Shown: in pieces, positions 54,101-64,000 of the stretch
Layout: each line of letters starts with the position of its first letter
Position numbering within the stretch: position 1 is the first letter of the stretch
Origin: Anthoceros angustus
Lineage: Eukaryota > Plantae > Anthocerotophyta
DNA: 64,000 nt
Assembly: GCA_010909165.1 (NCBI GenBank)
Contig: MU008164.1
Span: 496,001 to 560,000 of the forward strand
Reading direction: 5' to 3'
Made by a program: the position numbers and the translations under genes
The notes under the pieces: generated by a model
Databases searched by the model: none
Seen by the model: the letters and a program-made list of their open reading frames with translations, nothing else
Told to the model about the DNA's origin: nothing

Positions 54101-56338
54101 TGAGTATAGCATCAAACATAGTATCGACTGAGGGATGCATACCAAGATTTGGGCTATACAGCTTGATCACAAGGATATTGAGAGTCTGAGGAGTGTTCAA
54201 GTCCCTGCTAGGCTAGCCATCGGTTGTCCTCATGTGTGCATTGGTTGGCGGTCTTATTCAAAACCGTACGCTTGCCTGACTAACGCTATGTGCATGTGTG
54301 TGTGTGTGTATTCTTGTGTGTGTCCTAGCATCCGCTCATCACCGTGGAGCATCGATATGGTGACATGGAAAGCCTGGAAATGGAAACGGGGCAAGCCCGC
54401 CCGCCAAACCCCTGTTCCTACGGCGGATGGCTAGATGGCCTTCTGCATGGCCTTCTAGAAGAGGACATCTACATGTCACAAGGCTATATCCAACCCCGGG
54501 TTCGACTCCCATGCCTAGATGTATTATTTTTTTATGCATAGAACATGGAACAAGTTCATTTTAAGGGGTAGCAATGTTTGCATTAAAAGTGACATTTCTT
54601 AAGTTGGACATAAATGTGGATTCGCTTTAAAATCTACATGGTAATTCCAACTTAATATCTATTTTAATATTATTCTATTTTATGTTATTAAAGATATTAA
54701 CTTTATTCTTTAAGTTGGAATTTTAATTTAAAATTAATTTCCTTAACACCTACTAGCAATTCTAACTTAACATCTATCTTTAAGAGTAACTTATTTTGCT
54801 TTAAAGACATTAAAGTTATCCTTTAAGTTGAAATTTTAATGCAAAATCTACTTTTTAATTTTGGAATTTTATTAGTTTACACGTGAAGTCTAGTGGGGCA
54901 AGAAGGCTATCGTTGTGGCCCCTTATAAGAAAAGACTTGGCGGCCAAATCCTACAAATCACCCATGCCATGGGCCAAAGCATGCATCTATGCTCACGTGT
55001 GTGATAAGACGCTTTTTGACAGAATGGCTCCAAGCTGATTAGTTAGCTTCCAAACATAGGGTGAGTGGGCCATAGCCGGTATCCAAGGATCTAGAAGATC
55101 TGGGTATTTTTAGAACAACGGAGTCACTACATATAATGGCCCCAACATTTGTAACGGGGGACTGGGCAATATACGGGGATTGACCCCTTTCTCATTTCAA
55201 TACAGAGCTTGTCAAGCCACTCCATGCTTTTGATCATGGGCCTAATCAACCATGCCGTTGTTTGCATGTGTGCACGCTCACTGCAGGGGCCTTGCTACCA
55301 TTGAAGGGATATGAAGCTTGAGAGTCTGAGAGGTGTTCAAGTCCCCTTAGCTAACCATCAAATGTCACTTTGTGCATTGGTTGGATGTGTTATTCAAAAC
55401 CATAGGCACCGCTATGATGTGTATGTGTGTGTACTCCTGTGTGCATCCTAGGATCCGCTCATCACCGTTGTACTTGTATGGCAGGCACAACAATCACCAC
55501 GGCCGTGTCGACACCTCTTCAGAATCAGCGTTGCCTACCATAGTGACTTATGCTTGAATGAGAATGCCTAACACATTTGCCACTCCTACCTTTGTTGTTT
55601 CCCCAATGCAAACCACCACCTAACACTACACATAAGTTGTAAGTGACATAAGCCTTTTTAAGCGTGCACCTTATGCCTACACATAACATGTAACCTATAA
55701 TCCATGATATGCACTTGCCAAAGTCTGCACCTCATACCTACACATAACTAGGATTGCGGGCCTAGTATATTATATATAGGGAAAGAAAATCAACGTGTGT
55801 GCAATTAGAACACTTGTTGCTTAAAAAGTTCAGGAGGATGATCTATTTTTGCTTGCTGGTAGAAAATTTTGGTTATTTTACTACCACAAAAAAAAAAATC
55901 TTGCATTGAAGACAATGAGGTGAGGGTTGCTCTGAGTATAGCATCAAACATAGTATCATTGAGGATGCATACCAAGATTTGGGCTATACAGCTTGATCAC
56001 AAGGATATTGAGAGTCGAGGGTGTTCAAGTCCCCGCTAGGCTAGCCATCGGTTGTCCTCATGTGTGCATTGGTTGGCGGTCTTATTCAAAACCGTACGCT
56101 TGCCTGACTAACGCTATGTGCATGTGTGTGTGTGTGTATTCTTGTGTGTGTCCTAGCATCCGCTCATCACCGTGGAGCATCGATATGGTGACATGGAAAG
56201 CCTGGAAATGGAAACGGGGCAAGCCCGGCCCGCCAAGCCCCCCTGTTCCTACCTGGCGGATGGCTAGATGGCCTTCCTGCATGGCCTTCTAGAAGAGGAC
56301 ATCTACATGTCACAAGCAGAAGGCTATATCCGCAACCC
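51200..56338. repeat. Nested tandem duplications: four copies of a ~600-bp AT-rich block and two copies of a ~1.8-kb unit
   Basis: TAGAACATGGAACAAGTTCATTTTAAGG at ~51251, 51842, 52708 and 54539. The segments 52703-54490 and 54535-56330 are colinear. Confidence 0.9.
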
Positions 56339-56760
56339 TGACAAAGTGCTGAAACTACTCAAGACTCTCTACGTATACAGACTTAAGCAATCATCCCGTG
56401 CTTGGAATGAAGTGTTTCACTAAGTATTAATAGAGCTAGGTTTCGTGTGCCTTGATGCGGACTCAAGTGTTTATGTACTATTTGAAGGACATGACTTCAT
56501 AATCCTGATTGTCTATGTTGACGACAACTTTCTTTTCAGCACATCAGTTGCTTTGATGGACAAGACAAAGAAGGTTTTGCTGGCCATGTTTGAAATGTCT
56601 GATTTAGGCGAACTTTCCTTCTCACTTGGTATTTAGTTTCATTTCTATCTGTCTGAGCCTGTGATTGACATTCACCAAGAGCACTCTATTAAGCAGCTGC
56701 TAAGAAGGTTTTATAAGAAAGATGCTTGTCCAGTGGCAACTCTGTTGGAGGTAAAGCCAA
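56270..56760 (+). mobile_element. Ty1/Copia reverse transcriptase remnant (its first ~50 bp are also duplicated at ~54437-54490)
   Basis: AFLHGLLEEDIYMSQAEG...VLKLLKTLY..LKQSSRAWN...DSSVYV...IILIVYVDD...FEMSDLGELSFSLGI, with stops and frameshifts. Confidence 0.92.
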
Positions 56761-56907
56761 CCTCTAGTTAAGTAATGGTTAGTTAGAGTTAGGGCAAAGT
56801 GTTATACTGTTTATTGATAAGACAGACTCAAGAGACAATTTTGTATTGATCATCATTATTATTGAGTTTACATTCTGGTCTGTTCTCAAGCTCTCCAAAG
56901 TCAAATA

Positions 56908-56919
56908 TGGTATCAGAGC
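56908..56919 (+). promoter_or_regulatory. LTR-retrotransposon primer-binding site for tRNA-iMet; a short 5' LTR probably lies at ~56743-56903
   Basis: Exact TGGTATCAGAGC a few bases after TCA, with TGTTGG at 56743 as a possible LTR start. No second LTR is seen. Confidence 0.75.
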
Positions 56920-58107
56920 TACCTCTTTCTCTTTTTCAAGATACCCTGAGAATGTCGAGGCAAGGTAGTTCTCGTAGAGGCTCAAGCAAGAGAGGCATCA
57001 ATGGTTCGCCATGACAGACGACCCCCAAAATCACCACAGGCTGCTCAACAAAGCGAGCCCTTCCTGCCCCTTGATACAATTGTAGACCTCTACGAACTAG
57101 ACTATCCTAACCTCTGGCTAAGGAACCTAGCAGACAAGCACTTGGGTTCGGCGCGCACACTTCCGGGTGGAGAGTAATCGTGAGGTTGATTTTTTATACC
57201 GGCTCAGGTGTGCTAGCAGAGGGCAGAACCCTGATCTGTTCTTCGAGGCACCCTGTTCCCATTGTTTCCCTTTTGCTATCCCAAGGCCTGCTCTACGGCA
57301 GCGGTATCCCTCGCACCCTACAAACAAAGTTGAATGTAGTCAGATAACGATTGCCAAGAGTTATGCAACTACAATGAGGGTGGAGAAGACGCTATCGTGC
57401 TTGCTCTCGAATCAGGACATCTTGAAGACTCAAGTGGAAGATCTGGATTACCTTTCAGGATGGGCAATTTGTTCGAGTTCCAATACCATCCAGCAGCAAA
57501 TCGGCAAAGTAGCTGACTTTCTCAGGGATCTTGAGCTTCAATCACTAGAATTTTAGTGATTGGCTGCCCGGATGAGGCCAATCACTAGAATTCAGGCGTT
57601 GGTCGCTCGCCTTGATCGCTTTCCCTGCACACGCTAAAGGGCTGCGAGGCATCACATGGAGAGTCGAAGCGTCGCGTGCAAGGTGAAGGGGCAGGGGTGA
57701 CCAGTACATGTTGATTTGCCCTCCACTAGCCGCGAGCATCGTCATGTCCCTTCGCAACTTGGTCCCTTAAGCACCTAGAAGTTGCATCGCTTCATCTGAA
57801 GTGGATGCACACATCAGTTAGGGATTTGCTACAAATTGATGCATCATGCACAGTTAGGAAAATAGCAAAACTCGCCTCAGTAATCTGCTGTATGTAATTT
57901 ACCTATATGTTAACACCTGTAGATGCTCGGGAGTGGAAATGATAGGGCAGAGCTTGAGCAAAGCCACACATTCTAATGTCCTGGCTTCACCCAAGCGGCG
58001 CCCCATGCTCCACTCCCTACATGGCCCAGGTTAGCTTCATACAGGTTTGCAACATTCAGAAAGGACATGGTAGTCATCGTCAGCACCTTCTGTCAGGTGA
58101 TCTATGC

Positions 58108-58605
58108 ATGTCCACAAGATCTGTCAACAACCTCATACAACAATTGCAGAATCTTACCCTGATCAATCCTATTTCCATGGCTATTAATATTATCCTCCAT
58201 CCGCTCCAGCAACTACTGGCCTTGTCTTCACGTCTGAGCTTAAAGAAAAGGACCGCTTCAATGGAACTAAGTATCAACTGTGGAAGGTGCACATGAAGTC
58301 TACCCTGGTTGCTTGAGGTGTCTGGGCTGTCGTAGATGGCACGTCTAAGAAGCCAGACCCGAATGTTGTGCCCCCACCCACACCTGCAAAGACCCAGAAA
58401 TGGGATCAGCTCAACTCAATAGCCTTGGCACTCTTGATTGAAGGTTTGGATGAGATCTTAGTGCTTGATGTGGAATACCTGACCAGTGGCAAAGAAATTT
58501 GGGATCTGCTCGCTACTACATACGGGGTGAAAAACATCCTTACTTTGTGTAGAGCCCGACAAGAGCTCTTTGGCTTGCGGATGCGTGAGGGGGACAAGGT
58601 GGCAT
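58108..58605 (+). mobile_element. Ty1/Copia gag remnant (UBN2/Retrotran_gag_2-type), truncated
   Basis: KDRFNGTKYQLWKVHMKSTLVA*GVWAVVDG...WDQLNSIALALLIEGL...TSGKEIWDLLATTY...RQELFGLRMREGDKV. Confidence 0.85.
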
Positions 58606-59933
58606 CCCCAGACACGATAGATCCAATCCCGTCCTCTCCAACGGCCATGTGCAACGGCACTCAGAACAGAGGATGTTTGACCCTCAAGTTTCAACCCCTA
58701 GGAGGCTTCGATTCCTTAGCGTCGGATGCATCAGGGCAATCTGTAGCTGGAGAGGTACAAAGCGTTCCTTCCTCCCTCTGTTCCCATTTCCGTTCCCATT
58801 CCCTTTTAACCTGGACAAGGACAAGGGCACTGGCTGTCACTTACCAACTTGAGGAAATCTAGCTTAGGACTCCAATTGGTGCTAGGAAGATGCTGGCCCT
58901 CCAGGAAGAAGAAAAAACAATCCATCCTCGCGCGTTTCTCCATAGACCATCCAATCCATCATAGAGAGCTCCACAACCGGAGGCTTGGACCTTAATATAA
59001 TGTGGCAAGGTATTCCATCGCAGGCTGGAGTGCTCACCCAGAGGGCAGTACATAAAGGCATCCGATCCAAAGATATCGGACACGGAGTGGGTGAGTACCT
59101 ACATGCTAACATTTCCACCATGTGAATTTAAAGCTAAGAATGTGCTTAACGTGATGTATGTGCTAGCTATAGCTAGTCTAACAGGCATGATCTCCAATGT
59201 TGTTAGCATTTCGAAGTTGGCAGCTTGATCACCTGACCCCCTTCTGCCGATGTGGGGAATGGACATTTGACAGTGCGTATGAGCACATGATGAGAGAATT
59301 CATGAATTCGTACCTTCAACATCTTGAATTCCGGCTAGCCCCAGGAATGTGCGGAGTGGGCCCTACATTCCATGCCGGCATCTTCCTGATTAGCTGATCG
59401 ATTGCTACTTTTTGCAATCTTGAGGAACCCAAGAAGCGGGCGATCTGGATATGTCTGTATGCTATGTATATAGTCGTGTCATCAGCTTAAACTGTTGTTT
59501 AGATGTGAGCAACAGTGCATACACAGTTACATGTACAAGTCGGCGATTTGGGTTTATGTGCACGCTATGTATGTAGTCCTGTTATCCGCTTCAATTGAAA
59601 GGTTTGTTCAGATGTGAGCATCAAGTACTGAGTTACAGACAACCATAATCATGTTGCACATACGTGATTAAGATGTCTCCCTTATCATTTACTAGGAGGA
59701 TGAGGGATACAAAAATTCGGACAGGAACATCCTGGCTCTCTTAGAAGGCGACAAGGTGCTCCACATTCGCAGAATAGAAGCCGCTGCTTGTTGTCGGAGA
59801 TTCCACCAGCTAACATGCCATCCATAGCGGAGGCAATAGCCACAAGCTGGAAGAAGAAGAAGAAATCATCTATTGTAGTCCACTTATCGCAACAACAGTG
59901 ATTTCTTATATATACCTAAAATTATAGATAATG

Positions 59934-60004
59934 GAGTGCGTGGTCTAGTAATATGATTCTCGCTTTGGGTGCAAGAGGTCGTGAGTCGATTCTCGCAATG
60001 CCCC
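59934..60004 (+). pseudogene. tRNA-Pro(UGG) pseudogene
   Basis: TGGTCTAGTAATATGATTCTCGCT-TGG-GTGCAAGAGGTCGTGAGTCGATTCTCGCAATGCCC closely follows plant cytosolic tRNA-Pro. The acceptor stem pairs poorly, D-loop GG>AA, the anticodon stem has a mismatch and the T-loop lacks one T. Confidence 0.85.
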
Positions 60005-60054
60005 ATAGCCTACAATGTTCTATCCTTTATAACTTACATCTTTTATAAACTCAC

Positions 60055-60625
60055 ATGTAAGGTTCATCTAGTATTTTATATCATATATAGGTCTTATATA
60101 GTATATTATATCATCATATAGGTCTTATCTAGTATATTATATCATCATATAGGTCTTATCTAGTATTTTACATCATTACACAAAAGGAAGAGTAAATAGG
60201 TCTCCACTACTCACTTGTAGGATTCATCTAGTATTTTATATCATATATCACTACACAAAAGAAAGAGTAAATAGGTCCTATCTAGTATTTTATATCACTA
60301 CACAAAAGAAAGAGTGAATAGGTCTTTACTGCTCACCTATAGGGTTATCTAGCATTTATATCACTATACAAAAGAAAGAATGAATAGGTCTCCATTGCTC
60401 ACCTATAGGGTTTATCTAGTATTTTACATCATTACACAAAAGAAAGAATGAATAAGTCTCCACTGCTCACCTTTAGGACTGATCTAGTATTTTATATTAC
60501 TACACGAAGATACCCGCAGGATTTATCTAATATTCATTTCACTACATAAATGTAGTGTCGGCTCCTAATACCCCGATTTATCTAATATTTATTTCACTAC
60601 ACAAATGTAGTGTCGGCTCCTAAAA
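60055..60625. repeat. AT-rich minisatellite built on ATCTAGTATTTTATATCACTACACAAAAGAAAGAGTAAATAGGTC; second copy at ~61640-62205
   Basis: About ten TCTAGTATT-anchored subunits of 25-70 bp. Confidence 0.85.
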
Positions 60626-61517
60626 ACCCCTCACGTTATTGCACATGTGTGTAAAGGTAGGACCTATCATTATCTCCTCAGTAATAATGGGTGGGTCCGC
60701 ACCTCAGTAATTGATCAATCCAGTCCCTCCTCATCCATATCCCATCTCCATGCATCCCATGTCACCCCTGCATGCACATGCGAGGCATACCAAAGGCGGG
60801 GTCCATCCCCATGCCTCTGCCGGCGAGGCATCGAGTATGAGGCATCGAGTATCGTGCGCAGTGAAGGACGATGAGGGAAGCTTGGGGATGGACCCCGGAT
60901 TTTGGCATGCCATGGACGGGTGGATGCGAAGAAGGCAATAGGTGTGTGTGGTGGGCTCCATTCTTTGTACACACGCAAGTTAAGAGTATATTAACAAGAG
61001 GGTGGTACAAAAGAAACGCAACGCGACTGGCTTCGCTGTGCGTGATGTGACCAAGGTGAGCATCTATATCGCGTGATGCGGACCGATGTATTGTCTATTA
61101 CAATCTCTAAATGGCTACGCTTATGGAGACCGGACTCACACGTTGATGTCTTAGATATCAACATGACAGCACGAGATGTTGGAACTTCAAGAATTGAAGA
61201 GAGTCGTCTGCGTCTGTGCAATTCCTTACGCCTATGGCATCCCATAGCCTGATCTTCAAGAAAATTGAAGGAATGAGACTCATCAAGGCCGCTTTGTCAA
61301 TATCGCCCATCTCACCTTGTACTTGGCAGCAAGGTAGTGAGTTCTACGCGGGCCTACCGCCAAGGGTAGAGCTCGGTGCCACCCGCTTGACTGCAACTCC
61401 TTTAGCAAGGAGTGAATATGGCCTGTGCGGCATCTTTTCGCCGCCTCGATGAAAAGGCGCCTCGGCGGCGCGTCCAACAATGTGATTTCTTATATATACC
61501 TAAAATTATAGATAATG

Positions 61518-61588
61518 GAGTGCGTGGTCTAGTAATATGATTCTCGCTTTGGGTGCAAGAGGTCGTGAGTCGATTCTCGCAATGCCCC
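61518..61588 (+). pseudogene. tRNA-Pro(UGG) pseudogene, second identical copy
   Basis: Same sequence as 59934-60004. Confidence 0.85.
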
Positions 61589-63370
61589 ATAGCCTACAAT
61601 GTTCTATCCTTTATAACTTACATCTTTTATAAACTCACATGTAAGGTTCATCTAGTATTTTATATCATATATAGGTCTTATATAGTATATTATATCATCA
61701 TATAGGTCTTATCTAGTATATTATATCATCATATAGGTCTTATCTAGTATTTTACATCATTACACAAAAGGAAGAGTAAATAGGTCTCCACCACTCACTT
61801 GTAGGATTCATCTAGTATTTTATATCATATATCACTACACAAAAGAAAGAGTAAATAGGTCCTATCTAGTATTTTATATCACTACACAAAAGAAAGAGTG
61901 AATAGGTCTTTACCGCTCACCTATAGGGTTATCTAGCATTTATATCACTATACAAAAGAAAGAATGAATAGGTCTCCATTGCTCACCTATAGGGTTTATC
62001 TAGTATTTTACATCATTACACAAAAGAAAGAATGAATAAGTCTCCACTGCTCACCTTTAGGGGTGATCTAGTATTTTATATTACTACACAAGATACCAGA
62101 TTTATCTAATATTCATTTCACTACATAAATGTAGTGTCGGCTCCTAATACCCCGATTTATCTAATATTTATTTCACTACACAAATGTAGTGTCGGCTCCT
62201 AAAAACCCCTCACGTTATTGCACATGTGTGTAAAGGTAGGACCTATCATTATCTCCTCAGTAATAATGGGTGGGTCCGCACCTCAGGAATTGATCAATCC
62301 AGTCCCTCCTCATCCATATCCCATCTCCATGCATCCCATGTCACCCCTGCATGCACATGCGAGGCATACCAAAGGCGGGTCCATCCCATGCCTCTGCGAG
62401 GCATCGAGTATGAGGCATCGAGTATCGCTGAAGGACGATGAGGGAAGCTTGGGGATGGACCCCGGATTTTGGCATGCCATGGACGGTGGATGCGAAGAAG
62501 GCAATAGTGTGTGGTGGGCTCCATTCTTTGTACACACGCAAGTTAAGAGTATATTAACAAGAGGGTGGTACAAAAGAAAGCTGACCGGCTTGCGTGATGT
62601 GACCAAGGTGAGCATCTATATCGCGTGATGCGGACCGATGTATTGTCTACAATCTCTAAATGGCTACGCTTATGGAGACTGACTCACACGTTGATGTCTT
62701 AGATATCAACATGACAAGATGTTGGAACTTCAAGAATTGAAGAGTCGCTCTGCGTCAGTAATTCCTTACGCCTATGGCATCCCATAGCCGATCTTCAAGA
62801 AAATTGAAGGAATGAGACTCACCGGCGGTGTCAACATCGCCCATCTCACCTTGTACTTGGCAGCAGTAGAGCGGGCCCCCGCCGTAAGGGTAGAGCTCCG
62901 GTGCCACCCGCTTGGACTGCAACTCCTTTAGCAAGGGAGTGAATATGGCCCAGGCGGCATCTTTTCGTCGCCTCTGATGAAAAGGCGCCGCTCCCCTTCG
63001 ATGGCGTCCAACAACAGTCGGTTTAGAGTATGGTAATAAGAGTGAATAAGTCTTGCAAGTTAAGAGTATATTAACAAGAGGGTGGTACAAAAGAAAATGG
63101 TTTAGAGTATGGGAATAAAAGTGAATAAGTCTTTACTAGGTACTCATCTGTGGGGGTTATTTGATAACTTTTTATATCATTATATAAGAAAATTTATAAT
63201 ACTTTATCAAGAGGGAAGAATTCTTCATTACTCACCTTTAGCGTATAAGCTTAAAACGTGTTTACAAAAGTAAGTCTCACTACTTGATAATTCTCCATGA
63301 CTCAGCTTTTGGATTTTCGCTTAAAATGTGTTCATTAAAGTGAGTAAGTCTCTACTATTCGCCTTCATGT

Positions 63371-63606
63371 GGGTTTAGGTCTGGAGCCCATGCCCAAATG
63401 GCTTAGGCCAAATGAACACACATTTATAAGAACGTCGTGAGTAAACATCCTGCGCTTAGATCAGTACTTAGATGGGGTGCCTAAAGGGAGTGGATGCCCT
63501 TGGTGCAAGTAGCTTAGGCACACCATGGTACAAGTTGTTAAGTACCAAGTCCCATGACGGAAATTCGTCCTTAGTGGACTTAAATAAAATTCTTCTTCTT
63601 CTTCTT
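63371..63606 (+). mobile_element. Short non-autonomous retroposon (SINE) with a 5S-rRNA-like segment and a LINE-derived 3' end
   Basis: TSD CTTCATGT at 63363-63370 and 63607-63614. 63550-63589 is 39/40 identical to the LINE 3' end at 4929-4968 and is followed by (TTC)7. 63411-63490 aligns without gaps to plant 5S rRNA nt ~22-101 at 45/80 by hand count. Confidence 0.8.
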
Positions 63607-63700
63607 CTTCATGTTGCCACTTTGTGTTGCATCATTCACGAGTGTCAACATGAACGCGGCCTTTTCATTATGGATTTTGGGAAAGAATGTGTGTATCTGC

Positions 63701-63831
63701 CTGTGGTTTAGATTCTCGCCTTTGTTTAATGCAGCAATACATTCTTAGTTTACTCTAAAGTGAATCTGTGGTTTAGATTCTCGCCTTTGTTTAATGCAGC
63801 AATACATTCTTAGTTTACTCTAAAGTGAATC
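63701..63831. repeat. 65-bp perfect tandem duplication
   Basis: CTGTGGTTTAGATTCTCGCC...CTCTAAAGTGAAT occurs twice. Confidence 0.92.
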
Positions 63832-64000
63832 AAAATGTGACGCTTTATCTTTTCTTTAGGTGTCTATATTATTAGCTTGAAATAATAAAAACAATCACAT
63901 AGTTGATGTTGTCAATTGTACCACACCACAAAGAAGTGGGACTTGCACAAAAAAAAAAAAAATTACATAGTCCAAGTGAAAGTTGTAAAGCAGATTGCGT

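Larger units (their letters stand above)
59899..63015. repeat. Tandem duplication of a ~1.58-kb unit (tRNA-Pro pseudogene + minisatellite + GC-richer segment)
   Basis: GTGATTTCTTATATATACCTAAAATTATAGATAATGG at ~59898 and ~61482 (offset 1584). Colinear to ~63015. Confidence 0.93.

Noticed and set aside
59934-60004. Functional tRNA-Pro gene
   Set aside because: Broken acceptor stem, loss of the D-loop GG and a shortened T-loop, identical in both copies.
62960-62990. CTGATGAAAA as a possible hammerhead core
   Set aside because: No helix II followed by GAAA, and the duplicate at ~61445 lacks the motif.
63383-63452. tRNA-type A and B boxes as the SINE head
   Set aside because: Only a loose A-box-like TGCCCAAATGG and no GTTCRA B box; the 5S alignment explains the region better.

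Overview
Eukaryotic land-plant nuclear DNA. The intron-rich gene with short (about 77-199 bp) GT-AG introns, the plant RLK and Copia sequences suggest a compact non-seed-plant genome such as a hornwort or lycophyte (inference only). I can support one intact gene, a 20-exon mitochondrial ABC half-transporter (ATM3/ABCB25-like, 7829-12092, about 773 aa). The rest is transposon debris and nested tandem duplication: a degenerate RTE/RTEX-like LINE ending in a stem-loop plus (TTC)n tail, a PIF/Harbinger transposase remnant, a 460-bp (AAT)n tract, Copia RT/PBS/gag remnants and two tRNA-Pro pseudogenes. A 26.7-kb head-to-tail array (7 full ~3.45-kb units plus 3 short units) joins an LRR/WAK-like kinase pseudogene, an acidic low-complexity block and an intron-containing copy of part of the neighbouring ATM3 gene. 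The most notable observation is a ~236-bp element at 63371-63606. It is flanked by an 8-bp target-site duplication, carries a 5S-rRNA-like segment, and ends in 40 nt plus a (TTC)n tail almost identical to the 3' end of the LINE in this window. It is a candidate 5S-derived SINE (SINE3) with its partner LINE in a plant. Many repeat copies differ by scattered indels and many duplication junctions sit on microhomologies, so part of the repeat structure may be long-read assembly artefact.
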